64,000 nt of DNA from Minisyncoccota bacterium (GCA_041657405.1 JBBABX010000002.1:108915-172914); one strand, 5' to 3'; shown: positions 28,974-39,896, numbered from the stretch's first letter. Translations and numbers: made by a program. Notes: generated by a model not told the origin, from the sequence alone.

Positions 28974-30065
28974 ATGTTATTTTTCCAGATCGTTCTTGGG
29001 TTCGTTTTGATGTTAGTATTGGCGACTATAACCAGTCCTTTATGGCTCTTTTGGCTCGCCAATAATCCGCGTTTCACTTTCATCTCACCGTTCACTACAA
29101 TCCGTGACGGTTAAGCAAAAGTGGTCATGCGCGGCGATTCTTTCCAGAAAGTAATCGCGCGAAAAGAAGGGTGCGATGTAATTACACCCCAAAACAAGGT
29201 ATATTACCCAGACAATAAGGTCTGGGATATCGTCCAGAGAAACCCAGAGGCCCCAAGAAAAGAGTCTTTTCTGCAAAAAAATCTGGGACTTTACTGGGTA
29301 GGTATTCCACCCTTTCAGAAACTGTACCATTATAATTTCGGCTGGGTAACCTACAAAGCACCAGAGGGCGAGACGGATCCCCGACCCGTCAAAAGACAAG
29401 AGGAGTTATTCCACATCTATATCAAGGATGCTCTATATTGGGGCACTCTAAAGGAAGCGGAAACTTTTGATAAGCTTCCAGTGGACGTGGAGTTTTTGTT
29501 CACTCTTCGGGTCGTCAATGTCTACGATGCTCTTTTTGAGATACATCGCTATCTCGATGCAATCTTAGACCTGGTTCGACAGCAAGGTAGACAATACGTC
29601 GGCACCAGAACCTACGACCAATTGGTCCAAAAAGAAGGCGACTCAGACCATGAGGGATTCTCTCATGGTGTATACAACCTCGGAACACAAGTAAGAGAGG
29701 AATATGGTGTTAAAATTGTTAGGGCTGACATTCTCTCTATTGACCCAGCTGGTTCAGCTGCTGCTCAATATCGAGAGGCATCAACCGCGGCTTACTTGGC
29801 AGAAGCCAAGAAAATCGCAACCGTCACCGCCGCCGAAGGAGAGGCAAGGGCAACCGAGTTGATCGGAAAAGCACGAGAAAAAGCGCTTAAGGCGCAAATT
29901 CGTGCTTTTGCCGCAAACCCCACCGCCGCTCAGGCAACTCTGAATGCTGAGGCAGCACGGGCAATGGGAATTGAGCATGTCGCCCATGCGGTGACTGCCG
30001 GCATTCGCGCCGGCTTCACTTCTAATTCCGAAGAACCACCGACGCAGCCACCGGCAAATCCTTAA
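28974..30065 (+). pseudogene. SPFH/band-7 membrane protein interrupted by an in-frame TAA
   Basis: AAGGAGG + ATG 28974 encodes a TM segment; TAA at 29112-29114; the same frame continues into the SPFH domain (ETFDKLPVDV, YGVKI..ADILSIDP, AEGEARA). Confidence 0.75.
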
Positions 30066-30080
30066 GAAGGGAGGAAGATT

Positions 30081-30677
30081 ATGATTGGAGTAGTAATCGG
30101 AGCTGGCAGTTTTCTGTGCCTGGTAGGAATTGTGATAGGTGTAATTTATGTCATCACAAAACCCACCGCGCCACAATCCCAACAATCACCACCTTCTCGA
30201 GAAACACCGGCGACAGGGAGTGGTCAAGGCACCAGAGCAAACAATCTCTTGATGTTGAGTTTGGGCCAAAAAATCACTAGCTATGCCATCGCAGTAGTAA
30301 TTATCGTAGGGATAATTCTAGGGCTAGTCTGGCTAGGACGACCCAAAGCAACAGTTATGCCGTCCAAGCCCCCGATTGCAACAACCTACAAACATGCAGA
30401 TAAGGTGGTTGCCGATGGGGGGCCGTGGCAGAAAACAGAAGAGGTAGATTGGACAAAAGTAAACCCAATTCTTATCCCTAAAGATTGTCAAGGTTACTAC
30501 CTTTACAATCCTGGAGATAGACCCTTCCTAATCTGTCTGCCAGACGGCTCGGTTTTTGAGAGTAACGACCTAAATACAAACTCCCCTAAGCGGTATCTCC
30601 CCTTACTTCCGGGGAAAGAATTGAAATTGGCTTCCCTCACCGGAAAGTCAATGGAAATCACTTTCTACTGGAATTAA
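30081..30677 (+). CDS. hypothetical membrane protein (2 TM)
   Basis: GGGAGG SD, 198 aa, followed by a terminator. Confidence 0.7.
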   Translation: MIGVVIGAGSFLCLVGIVIGVIYVITKPTAPQSQQSPPSRETPATGSGQGTRANNLLMLSLGQKITSYAIAVVIIVGIILGLVWLGRPKATVMPSKPPIATTYKHADKVVADGGPWQKTEEVDWTKVNPILIPKDCQGYYLYNPGDRPFLICLPDGSVFESNDLNTNSPKRYLPLLPGKELKLASLTGKSMEITFYWN

Positions 30678-30685
30678 TCACAAAC

Positions 30686-30719
30686 AAGACCCGACACACA
30701 AAAAGTGTCGGGTCTTTTT
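30686..30719 (+). terminator. intrinsic terminator
   Basis: AAGACCCGACAC/GTGTCGGGTCTT + TTT. Confidence 0.8.
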
Positions 30720-30739
30720 AATGGTCATCTTTTACAACT

Positions 30740-30985
30740 CTACCCCGTCAAACCCTCAATCGCACTAACAATAAAATGCATAATGCCATAGACTGAAACC
30801 ATAATCGTCATCCCAACCACACCCCAGGTAATATTACGAATTGCTTGACTACGATCTTCTTTGCCATCTTTAGCACGCCAAAGATATTCCACCAAACCGT
30901 AAAGAAAAAAGATTACCGCCAAGCCAAACATCAAAAAAATGAGGGGATTCAAGATATGAGTCTCAATATTGCGAAGCAAAGTCAT
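30740..30985 (-). CDS. VirB2/TrbC-like pilin (CPR type)
   Basis: Two TM helices around a charged loop; WGVVG...MVSVYG. Confidence 0.75.
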   Translation of the reverse strand: MTLLRNIETHILNPLIFLMFGLAVIFFLYGLVEYLWRAKDGKEDRSQAIRNITWGVVGMTIMVSVYGIMHFIVSAIEGLTG

Positions 30986-30995
30986 TTAGTTAAAA

Positions 30996-31361
30996 TTATG
31001 GAAGAGGAATATCGGGTACTTGATAGTTAGAAGAACTATCAACTCCAGTTAAATCTTGCAAAAATCCCACCAAGCCCCAAACCGAAACCATCACCGCGAT
31101 AATAATAATCCCCCAGAACATATCTGTCCTAGCCTTAGCTCTCTCATCGCCAGAACTACGCAAAAATTTTAAAAGACCCCACAAAAAATAGACTACGGCC
31201 AGGGCAATAAAGATAACAACTAACCATTGAAGAATCTCACCAACAGCTCCAGCAATCTCTCCAACTTCACCTGAATCACCTTGTAATATCCCCTGCGCTA
31301 AAGCCATAAAAGGCGCAACAGACAAAGCCCAAGGAGCAATTTTAATCATTCGTCTTAACAT
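30996..31361 (-). CDS. VirB2/TrbC-like pilin
   Basis: Signal peptide (PFMALAQ), FLWG...KAR..MFWG...MVSVWGLV. Confidence 0.8.
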   Translation of the reverse strand: MLRRMIKIAPWALSVAPFMALAQGILQGDSGEVGEIAGAVGEILQWLVVIFIALAVVYFLWGLLKFLRSSGDERAKARTDMFWGIIIIAVMVSVWGLVGFLQDLTGVDSSSNYQVPDIPLP

Positions 31362-31469
31362 ATATTTAAATTAATAAATTAAACTAATAATTGATAATTT
31401 CTTCGACTACTTTATAATAACTTTTTAATTATAACATTCCTTCTAAACAAATGAAAAGTAATTTTTCTT

Positions 31470-31814
31470 CTAATCCTCGGTATAATCACCCAATTCTCCT
31501 AAAACATTTGGCTGGTCAATATTCCCACTTTTAAAACGGGGGACATTGGGCGGACTAGTTGGAATCGAATCGCCAAAAAACATTTGTTGCAAAAATCCCA
31601 CCAAGCCCCAAACCGAAACCATTACTGTCAAAACAATCACCCCCCAAACCATCATCGTCTTGGCTTTTTCCAATTCAGATTTATCACCCAAACCTGACCT
31701 TAAATATTTTATCAAACCCCAAAGAAATAACGCTACAGCTACTCCAATCAACAAGGCCACCAAAGGTGAAATTACTCCCGTTAAAAAATTATTTATTATT
31801 TGACTAAATGACAT
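31470..31814 (-). CDS. VirB2/TrbC-like pilin
   Basis: FLWGLIKY...KAK..MVWG...MVSVWGLV. Confidence 0.8.
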   Translation of the reverse strand: MSFSQIINNFLTGVISPLVALLIGVAVALFLWGLIKYLRSGLGDKSELEKAKTMMVWGVIVLTVMVSVWGLVGFLQQMFFGDSIPTSPPNVPRFKSGNIDQPNVLGELGDYTED

Positions 31815-31832
31815 AAGTTATTTTAATTATAA

Positions 31833-32288
31833 TTATACAATACTTTGTTCAATCATCACGCCCTCAATCAAGTCATCAGCGGTATTTTTAATAACCTCCG
31901 CAATAACAAACGCTCCCAAAATTATTGCCGAGCCAATCAAAACTCCTTTAATGACTGTGTGCGCTTTTCTGATTTGAGATTCGTTGCCTCTCGCGGTCGT
32001 ATAAAGAAAACCCGCGTAAATAATTGCGATGATGACAATTGTAGTGCCAATTTGCACCATTATCTCAAGAATCAACCCCAAAAGACCTGGTAAATTATCT
32101 ATACCGTCTTTTAGCGGATTGGTAAAAATACCACCACCATCTTCAATAGTTCCGATTCCTTGGCCAGCCCCAGTCCCAACCCCCTGCCCAGCCCCAGTCC
32201 CAATTCCTGTTTGGGCCCAAAGTAAGTTTACGGAAAAACAAAAAATTATTACCAAAATTAAAATCAAAAATAACTTTAAATATTTCAT
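31833..32288 (-). CDS. VirB2/TrbC-like pilin with GTGAGQG repeats
   Basis: Signal peptide, NPL, IIYAGF.Y.TARGNE..I.KA...IG.AIILGA. Confidence 0.82.
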   Translation of the reverse strand: MKYLKLFLILILVIIFCFSVNLLWAQTGIGTGAGQGVGTGAGQGIGTIEDGGGIFTNPLKDGIDNLPGLLGLILEIMVQIGTTIVIIAIIYAGFLYTTARGNESQIRKAHTVIKGVLIGSAIILGAFVIAEVIKNTADDLIEGVMIEQSIV

Positions 32289-32293
32289 ATTAA

Positions 32294-32737
32294 TTATTGA
32301 CCAAAAACTTCTTCAATAACTGCTTGGAAAGCACCTCCACTATCAAAAAATAAACTAATAAAAGTTTTAACAATAGCATAAGCGCCTACCGCCAGGGCGA
32401 CACCAATAATAACATTCCTAAGCATTTCTCGATAAAAAGTAGGGTCTTTCCCTTGAGAAGAATCCCAGATTGTTTTAAAACCAGCCCAAATTATCAAAAT
32501 AGTCGCAATTGGTAAAATAATATAACCAATCACATAATCAAAAGTCTTGCCAACTAATTTTTTTAATTCACTAAAATCACAATCCATTGCACCATCTTCT
32601 CCCGTGCCACAAACAACCAGATGAAATCCTGAATCACCAGTCTGGTTTTCAGCTAAAAGCGTCACCGGCAAAAACAACAAAAGTGAGCAGATAAAAAAGA
32701 TTACGCCAAACTGAATTTTTGGGAGAAATGTTTTCAT
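32294..32737 (-). CDS. VirB2/TrbC-like pilin with an N-terminal Cys pair
   Basis: Signal peptide, LVVCG...CDF, IIWAGF...IIG...AYAIV. Confidence 0.78.
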   Translation of the reverse strand: MKTFLPKIQFGVIFFICSLLLFLPVTLLAENQTGDSGFHLVVCGTGEDGAMDCDFSELKKLVGKTFDYVIGYIILPIATILIIWAGFKTIWDSSQGKDPTFYREMLRNVIIGVALAVGAYAIVKTFISLFFDSGGAFQAVIEEVFGQ

Positions 32738-32739
32738 AT

Positions 32740-34032
32740 TTATTTATTTAGCAAACTTGCGGCTTCTTTGATAGCCAAATCAACTCGCAAACGTCCGCTA
32801 GAATAATTATCGACCAAATCGCTAAAAACTTTAGCGTTAGCTGTTGAATTAAAATCTAACCAAGCGCGTGCAATCAAAGCCGCTTCATGAAAAATTTGGG
32901 TGTAAGGATTAGCCGAACCAAGCAAGAGGGTATTTCGTTTAACCGGCTGCAGGGAAAATGCCCTGGCAATATTTTCGGCTTTGTCTGAAATTGCCAAAGC
33001 GTAAACCGCCGAGAGAGTTGCCGTTAGACGCGAAGAATTTCTCATTATTGCTAAACCGTAAAAACGGCCAAAGGTTTGTCGTTTTTGCAAATTTTGTTGT
33101 GGCACTTCGGTTACGTCAAAATTAAGGTGGGGATTTTTGTTTTTTAAATAAAGATACTCGCTAGCGGGACCAAAATAATTTGCCAACTTGCCTGCCAAAA
33201 AACTATTCCTGGATTCCGCCCAAGAACGATGCCAACTATAGGTCACCTTGGCCGGGTCGGCAAATTGCACAAAAAATTCCAGAGCAGCTTGTGTCGGCAT
33301 AATAGAATAACCAAGATTTTCAGCTAAGGTCTGCTTAATCGCACCATTGCTTTGATAAACTATCGGATTACCAGCTTGTAATAAAAGAAGGGAAAATATA
33401 TCTTTGGCATGATTAACATTAAAAAATGTGCCTAAGGCTATTGCGCTTTGCAACAAGTTGTTGTTATCATCCAAAATTGTCAATTTGGGTTGATTACGGA
33501 CTAGCTCTTCCCAAGTCTTGGGTGGTAAAGGTAAACCATTAGTGGTATAAATATCTTTGTTGTAATAAAGAACTAGAGGGTCAACCCCAATTGGCAAAGC
33601 GTAATAAGCCTCCCCAATTTCAAACAATCGCGCACCATCCACAAAAGTGTCGTAAAAATTTCGTTTGGGATAATATTCTGCGGGAAAAGGATAAAGCCTT
33701 TCCCGTTGTTGTAAAATAACTTCATGAGACGCGATAATCATATCGGGACCCGTCCCCGAAGCCAGGGCGTTTGTTAATTCAGATTCAAAAGTAGCAGGAT
33801 TTTTCCTAACATAAGACAGTAAAAATTTGTCTTCATTTTTTTTGTTTAAATCAGCAAAATCACGAGTAAGCAAGTTTTCGTCAACCGTCCCCCAAATAAC
33901 CACCGTCCCAGCTGAACCAACAGATGTTTTTTTAAAGCCAGGAATAATCCCAGAAAAAATTAAAACACTTACTACTGCCGCAGCGCCAAAAATAAACAAG
34001 AGGATTAATTGAAAGGTGTTGCTTTTATTCAT
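32740..34032 (-). CDS. extracellular solute-binding protein (sugar-binding family)
   Basis: TM anchor, ALASGTGPD, YALP..VD.LVLYYNKD, PKTWEEL. Confidence 0.85.
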   Translation of the reverse strand: MNKSNTFQLILLFIFGAAAVVSVLIFSGIIPGFKKTSVGSAGTVVIWGTVDENLLTRDFADLNKKNEDKFLLSYVRKNPATFESELTNALASGTGPDMIIASHEVILQQRERLYPFPAEYYPKRNFYDTFVDGARLFEIGEAYYALPIGVDPLVLYYNKDIYTTNGLPLPPKTWEELVRNQPKLTILDDNNNLLQSAIALGTFFNVNHAKDIFSLLLLQAGNPIVYQSNGAIKQTLAENLGYSIMPTQAALEFFVQFADPAKVTYSWHRSWAESRNSFLAGKLANYFGPASEYLYLKNKNPHLNFDVTEVPQQNLQKRQTFGRFYGLAIMRNSSRLTATLSAVYALAISDKAENIARAFSLQPVKRNTLLLGSANPYTQIFHEAALIARAWLDFNSTANAKVFSDLVDNYSSGRLRVDLAIKEAASLLNK

Positions 34033-34035
34033 ATT

Positions 34036-34566
34036 TTATTTTTTTTGAAAAATTAAACCATAATGATGGTCGCCAGCAACAAATTCACGTTGCAAAACAA
34101 AACCATTATTTTCAAATGTTTGTTTTGCCTGTTCTTTGACAAAGACATCACCAGGCTGCGGCCCCAACCCCCCGAATGATTCATTCCAATCAATGATCAT
34201 CAATCGACCACCATTTTTTAAAATTCGCCGAGCTTCGGCAACGGTGGTATAAACTGATTTAGTCATAAAAAGCACATTAACCATAATCACCGCGTCAACC
34301 AAGGCGTCCGCCAGACCAGAGCCAGAAACTCTTTCTATATCGCCCCAAATAACTTCTACATTCCGCCAACCTTGACGGTCAGCCTCTTCTCTTAATTTTT
34401 CCAGAAGATCTTTTTGCACATCCACGGCATAAACTTTACCGTCAATACCAACCAGGGGGGCCGCTGCCAAACTAAAAGCACCAACGCCGCAACCCAAATC
34501 CGCAACTCGATCGCCAGGTTTTAATTCTAATTGTTGAATGTTTTTTTGTGGTTCACTAAAAGCCAT
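34036..34566 (-). CDS. class I SAM-dependent methyltransferase
   Basis: VADLGCGVG, VYAVDVQ, RILKNGG..IIDW. Confidence 0.9.
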   Translation of the reverse strand: MAFSEPQKNIQQLELKPGDRVADLGCGVGAFSLAAAPLVGIDGKVYAVDVQKDLLEKLREEADRQGWRNVEVIWGDIERVSGSGLADALVDAVIMVNVLFMTKSVYTTVAEARRILKNGGRLMIIDWNESFGGLGPQPGDVFVKEQAKQTFENNGFVLQREFVAGDHHYGLIFQKK

Positions 34567-34754
34567 CTATTTTCTTTATTATATTTTAACATTTGACCAA
34601 AAAGCGAACAAGAAAAAATGTGAACAAGTTTGGGAATTAACCTCTTTAGCTTTTTTGTTTTAATTGTAAATTTTTGTATTTGCAAATAATTTAATTTAAA
34701 TTTTTTTTTAAAATTAAAACCCAAAATTGATTTAATTTATGTCTTATATTAATT

Positions 34755-37238
34755 TTACAGCCCTGTCATTGAAGCAATCTGGTCACCTTCGCGAAGCTTC
34801 ATTATCCGAACCCCCTGCGTCTGGCGACCCAAAGACGGAATCTCCTCCAAGCCAGTGCGAATAACTTGTCCCATTTTGGAGATTGCCACCATTTCAGTCA
34901 AACCTTCATCAACAACCTTAGCTGCCACCAAAGCACCAGTTTTTTTGGTTACACTTATTGTTTTAATTCCCGAACCGCCACGTTTTTGAACTTTATATTC
35001 TTTTAGTTTAGTTTTTTTGCCATAGCCATTTTCGCTGATAACCAAATATTCAGCCTCTTTCATTTCCTTTTTTATCACCTCAGCAGCAATTACCCTATCA
35101 TTTTTCTTTAATTTCATAGCTCGCACTCCCGCAGCACTTCGTCCCATTTCACGAATATCAGTTTCCTTAAAGCGAATCGCTTGTCCAGATCGTGATGATA
35201 TTATCACCTCATTATCTTTATGAATAGCCCGGGCCGCCAACAGCAAATCATCATCGGCTAATTTAATTGCCACCAATCCGCTACGGCGGACATCTTTAAA
35301 ACTCTCGGCCGAAACTTTCTTAGCCACCCCCCCAGCAGTAACCAACATCAACGAAAAATCAACCTTTTTGTATTCTTTTGGCATTGCTAAAACAGAAGTC
35401 ACTTTTTCATCATCGGTCAAAGACAAAAAATTCATAACTGATTTACCACGTGTGGCGCGCTTGCCTTCCGGCACTTCATACATTTTGAGCTGGTAAGCTT
35501 TACCCCTATCAGTAAAGAAGAGTAGATCATCATGGGTATTAGCGGTCAAGAAAATTGTGACAAAATCTTCTTCTTTCATATTGACATCTATCACCCCGAC
35601 TCCTCCTCGTCTTTGCGCGCGAAATTCCGCTGGGTCAGTGCGTTTAATATAACCGCCTGCTGTCACTGTCAAAACTTCTTCTTTTTCAGGAACTAAATCT
35701 TCGGTCTTGATTTCTCTAACGCCACCTTTGATAACTTTAGTTTTGCGGTTATCACCATATTTATCTCGAATTTCTGCAAGCTCATCTTTGATAATATTGT
35801 CTACCTTTTTGGGGTCAGCCAAAATCGCTTTTAATTCTTTAATCAAAGCTAATTTTTCTTTAAGTTCGTCTTCAATTTTTTTGCGTTCCAAACCAGCCAA
35901 TTTCTGTAATTTCATTTCTAAAATTGCTGTCGCTTGAATTTCAGAAAACTTAAAGTTTTTTACCAAAGCAGTATGCGCTTCTGGTGTATCTTTAGATTTT
36001 TTAATTGTCTTGATAATTTCATCAATGTGATCAAGCGCTCGTTTTAAACCTTCTAAAATGTGGGCGCGTTCTTCAGCTTTTCGTAAATCAAATTTAGTGC
36101 GACGAACCACCACTATCTGACGATGTTTTAAAAATTCCTCTAATATACCTTCAAGAGGCAAAAGCTTAGGCACTCCATCAACTAGGGTCAGCAAATTGTA
36201 ATGAAAGGTTATTTCTAAGTCAGTATGTTTATAGAGCGCGTTTAAAATCTTTTGCGGAAAAGCACCGCTTTTCAAATCAACTACAATACGAACATCTTTG
36301 GTTGACTCATCACGAATATCTTTTATTCCTTCCAATTTTTTATCACGCACCAAATCAGCTATTTTCATTATCAATTCAGCTTTATTAACCTGATAAGGAA
36401 TAGAACTGATAATAATTTGATAAAAACCAGCTTTGGCTTCCATTATTTCTGCTTCGCCACGCACCAAAACTCCCCCCTTGCCAGTCGCAAAAGCGCGTTT
36501 TATATCTTGTTCATTAAAAACTAAACCACCGGTCGGGAAATCGGGACCTTTAACAAATTCTAACAAATCTTCAGTGGTCGCTTCTGGATTATCAACCAAA
36601 TAAATCAAAGCTTCAATCAATTCGCGTAAATTGTGCGGTGGAATTTTGGTTGCCATACCAACAGCAATACCAACAGCGCCATTTAAAAGCAGTCCCGGTA
36701 CCGCCGAAGGCAAAACTACTGGTTCACGCCTAGTGCCATCATAGTTGGGGATAAAATCTACTGTATCTTTTTCTATATCGCGCAAAACTTCATTAGATAA
36801 TTTAGACATCCTGGCTTCGGTATAACGCATTGCAGCCGGTGAGTCTCCGTCAATGGAACCAAAGTTGCCTTGTCCATCCACTAGAATATAACGCATAGAA
36901 AAATCTTGTGCCAAACGAGTCATTGCATCATAACAAGCCCCGTCACCATGTGGATGGTATTTACCCAAGACATCGCCAACCACCGTCGCCGACTTGCGAT
37001 ATTTCGCAGCAGCAGTTAGCCCAAGCTCGTGCATAGAAAAAAGAATTCGTCGCTGGACCGGCTTTAGACCATCGCGTACGTCCGGCAAAGCACGACCTAC
37101 AATAACAGACATTGAATAATCCAGGTAAGATTCTTTCATTTCCGTCACAATATCTACGGGTATAATTGAAACTCGCTCCACTTGCAGAGCATCGTCTTTT
37201 TCTTTTTTTTCTTTTTTATTATCTTTATCTTTAGCCAT
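34755..37238 (-). CDS. gyrA: DNA gyrase subunit A
   Basis: [28 protein letters not shown], GyrA-box QRRGGVG. Confidence 0.97.
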   Translation of the reverse strand: MAKDKDNKKEKKEKDDALQVERVSIIPVDIVTEMKESYLDYSMSVIVGRALPDVRDGLKPVQRRILFSMHELGLTAAAKYRKSATVVGDVLGKYHPHGDGACYDAMTRLAQDFSMRYILVDGQGNFGSIDGDSPAAMRYTEARMSKLSNEVLRDIEKDTVDFIPNYDGTRREPVVLPSAVPGLLLNGAVGIAVGMATKIPPHNLRELIEALIYLVDNPEATTEDLLEFVKGPDFPTGGLVFNEQDIKRAFATGKGGVLVRGEAEIMEAKAGFYQIIISSIPYQVNKAELIMKIADLVRDKKLEGIKDIRDESTKDVRIVVDLKSGAFPQKILNALYKHTDLEITFHYNLLTLVDGVPKLLPLEGILEEFLKHRQIVVVRRTKFDLRKAEERAHILEGLKRALDHIDEIIKTIKKSKDTPEAHTALVKNFKFSEIQATAILEMKLQKLAGLERKKIEDELKEKLALIKELKAILADPKKVDNIIKDELAEIRDKYGDNRKTKVIKGGVREIKTEDLVPEKEEVLTVTAGGYIKRTDPAEFRAQRRGGVGVIDVNMKEEDFVTIFLTANTHDDLLFFTDRGKAYQLKMYEVPEGKRATRGKSVMNFLSLTDDEKVTSVLAMPKEYKKVDFSLMLVTAGGVAKKVSAESFKDVRRSGLVAIKLADDDLLLAARAIHKDNEVIISSRSGQAIRFKETDIREMGRSAAGVRAMKLKKNDRVIAAEVIKKEMKEAEYLVISENGYGKKTKLKEYKVQKRGGSGIKTISVTKKTGALVAAKVVDEGLTEMVAISKMGQVIRTGLEEIPSLGRQTQGVRIMKLREGDQIASMTGL

Positions 37239-37239
37239 A

Positions 37240-37551
37240 CTATTTTTCCATTTGTCCTGTCAAAACTTTAAAGCCTTCAACAACTGCCGCCGTATTTCTT
37301 TTTATAAATTCTAACCAATTACTCTTTTCCTCTTTTGTTATTATTTCAGTTTGGCCAGCTTCAGCAGCTTTTTCAACCTGGGCTAAAATTTCAGCTTCTT
37401 CTAAATTTTGGTTGTAAGCCAAAAAGTTAAAGTTAATAAACCAAATCAAAGCAATAAAAAGAGTTAGCCCACTACTCCAAACCATAAGCAATGTTTGGCG
37501 TTTGGGTTCTGGTTTTTCTCTGACTTTGCTTATATAATCTTTTATTGACAT
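37240..37551 (-). CDS. hypothetical single-TM protein
   Basis: Operon-like position between the MBL gene and gyrA; one TM helix. Confidence 0.65.
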   Translation of the reverse strand: MSIKDYISKVREKPEPKRQTLLMVWSSGLTLFIALIWFINFNFLAYNQNLEEAEILAQVEKAAEAGQTEIITKEEKSNWLEFIKRNTAAVVEGFKVLTGQMEK

Positions 37552-37585
37552 AGTTATTTATAAAATTTATTCAATAATTTGATTT

Positions 37586-38203
37586 TTAAATTTCTTTCAA
37601 AACTACCACCTCTCCTTCTTTGCCATCCAAATCTTTTCTCTTTAAAGTTAATTTATCTGTCGCTTCAATATCACCAGTGCCCGCTTCTTTAAGAAAAACC
37701 TTCAAATTCTCATCATTTTCACCTGACAAAATCGGAATGATAATCGAAGGTTCTAAGGAATTTGCTAATTTAAAAGCTTCTTTAGCCTTTAGAGTCCCAT
37801 TATCGCCAATCGGCACACAAAGCACATCTACCCCCCCAATTTCTTCTTTGATGTTCTTGAGCTCGGTTTCGGCGACTGCTCCCAAATGACAAAAACGAAT
37901 ATTATCTATAGTAAAAGTATAAATAGTATTTATCAAATCTTCTGGACCATTAGAAGATATCCCCAAAATAAAATTGCCACCGACTTCATATTCCCCTGGA
38001 CCATCAATCACAAACGGAGTTTTGTTGGCATAAGAAACCATCTCGGCACCATTAAAATCTTTATGATTTAAAGAAATCATCGCTAAATCCGCACCAAACC
38101 TGACTGTTTTCATTTTTGAATCTTTACTTAGAGGATTAAAAGCCGCGACCAAATCGCCCTGCTGAACTTTTATAAAAGCTTTACCGTGATAACTTATTAT
38201 CAT
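37586..38203 (-). CDS. MBL-fold hydrolase-like protein with a degenerate metal-binding motif
   Basis: IDGPGEYEV, HLG, DVL.VPIG, LEP.IIIP; SLNHKDF in place of HxHxDH. Confidence 0.75.
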   Translation of the reverse strand: MIISYHGKAFIKVQQGDLVAAFNPLSKDSKMKTVRFGADLAMISLNHKDFNGAEMVSYANKTPFVIDGPGEYEVGGNFILGISSNGPEDLINTIYTFTIDNIRFCHLGAVAETELKNIKEEIGGVDVLCVPIGDNGTLKAKEAFKLANSLEPSIIIPILSGENDENLKVFLKEAGTGDIEATDKLTLKRKDLDGKEGEVVVLKEI

Positions 38204-38365
38204 ATTTTTTTATTTTAACATAACTATAACTAAAAATACACTCTTGTCTTGCTCTCTTGCTGTTTGATATTTTAAGGTGGTTTAATCTGCTTTCTATAAA
38301 ATTAGAAAATTTTAATCTACTTTAAATTTTGACTTTTTTCTTGATTTTACCTATACTTTTACATT

Positions 38366-39577
38366 ATGAATACAATGCAAAAAGATTTGTCACAAACAAC
38401 TGATCAAGAACAAAATATTGAAGACCTTGGGCAAGAAGGGGCTGAATTTAAGAATCCCAAAGAAAACGAGCGTCGAGTAATGGAAGAAGTTCTTAAAAGT
38501 TCTCCGTTGCCACCAGAAGAAGGGGCTTTGATAGAAGGAGGGGTTATTGCTAAAGGAAAAAAATCGCTTTACATAGATTTGCCACCTTTTGGCACTGGTA
38601 TTATTTTTGGTCGCGAATATTTGAACGCTAAAGATATCATTAAAAAAATCTCAATTGGTGACACAGTAACGGCCAAAGTGATTGAGACCGAAGGAGAAGA
38701 TGGGTATATCGAACTTTCGTTAAAAGAAGCCAAACAGGCTATTATTTGGGATGAAGCCGAAAAGGCCACCAAGGGAAAGACTTTATTTGATTTGGAAGTC
38801 AAAGACGCCAACAAAGGTGGTCTTATTTTAGAATGGAAAAGCATTGACGGTTTCTTGCCTGCTTCTCAACTCAAAGCCGAACACTACCCGCGAGTTCCCG
38901 ATGGTGACAAAGACGCGATTATGGAAGAATTGAAAAAGTTTATCGGTCAAACTTTGACAGTTTCCATTATCGGTACCGACTCCAAAGAAGGTAAATTAAT
39001 TTTTTCAGAAAAAAACCAAGATTCCAAACTTAAAAAAGAAATTATAGATAAATATTCACTGGGCGATATTGTTGAAGGCGAAGTAACTGGTGCTGTAGAT
39101 TTTGGTATTTTTATCAAAATTCAAGAAGGTTTAGAAGGTCTAATCCACATCTCTGAAATTGATTGGTCATTAGTGGAAAATCCTCGCGAGCTCTTTAAAG
39201 TTGGCGACAAAATCCGCGCAAAAATCATAGATATTAAAGAAGATAAAATTTCTTTATCTATCAAAACACTAAAGGAAAACCCCTGGCAAGGCGCTGAAAA
39301 GAAATACAAACGTGGAGATGTTGTCAAAGGCGTTGTTATCAAACACAATAGACATGGCGCGTTGGTTAGCCTTGAAGAGGGAGTGGCTGGATTAGTTCAT
39401 ATTTCAGAATTTGTTAGTGAAGAAGAGTTGCGACAAAAGTTAGAACTTGGAAAAACTTATACTTTTACTATTAATATTTTTGAACCCAAAGACCAAAAAA
39501 TGACCTTACTATTCGGCACTGTCCCCGAAAGAGTAGATGAAGAAAGCAAGAAAAAAACAGAAAACAAACAAAAATAG
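38366..39577 (+). CDS. rpsA: 30S ribosomal protein S1 (four S1 domains)
   Basis: NKGGL, GFLPASQL, EGLIHISEI, GLVHISE. Confidence 0.93.
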   Translation: MNTMQKDLSQTTDQEQNIEDLGQEGAEFKNPKENERRVMEEVLKSSPLPPEEGALIEGGVIAKGKKSLYIDLPPFGTGIIFGREYLNAKDIIKKISIGDTVTAKVIETEGEDGYIELSLKEAKQAIIWDEAEKATKGKTLFDLEVKDANKGGLILEWKSIDGFLPASQLKAEHYPRVPDGDKDAIMEELKKFIGQTLTVSIIGTDSKEGKLIFSEKNQDSKLKKEIIDKYSLGDIVEGEVTGAVDFGIFIKIQEGLEGLIHISEIDWSLVENPRELFKVGDKIRAKIIDIKEDKISLSIKTLKENPWQGAEKKYKRGDVVKGVVIKHNRHGALVSLEEGVAGLVHISEFVSEEELRQKLELGKTYTFTINIFEPKDQKMTLLFGTVPERVDEESKKKTENKQK

Positions 39578-39594
39578 CTCAAAATCCTATCAGT

Positions 39595-39633
39595 AAAAAC
39601 ATTAGCTCGCCAAAATGGCGAGCTAATGTTTTT
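39595..39633 (+). terminator. terminator of rpsA
   Basis: AAAAACATTAGCTCGCCA-AAA-TGGCGAGCTAATGTTTTT. Confidence 0.85.
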
Positions 39634-39688
39634 ATAACTTATCAACATCCCTCTTGCTTTTATTTTTCCTTTCTGCTATCATAAAAAT

Positions 39689-39874
39689 TGGAGCACCCCT
39701 ATGGGCGGGCGGGCAATTCCCCCCCAATGTCCGTGTCCATGTTTCTCCTTCCGCAATCCCCGCACGCACAGCCAGACAAAACGACACACTCGAGTTGCCC
39801 GCCCGCTCCCCACCTGACCAAAATTGGTCAAACCAAGCCCGACATTTGATTATGACGGGCTTTTCTTTTTTTTT
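39689..39874 (+). ncRNA. candidate structured small RNA
   Basis: TTGCTT-17-TATCAT promoter (39654-39682), 15-bp GC stem 39705-39719/39792-39806, own terminator 39835-39874. Confidence 0.6.
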
Positions 39875-39896
39875 AAATTTAGAATTTCAATAGTCT

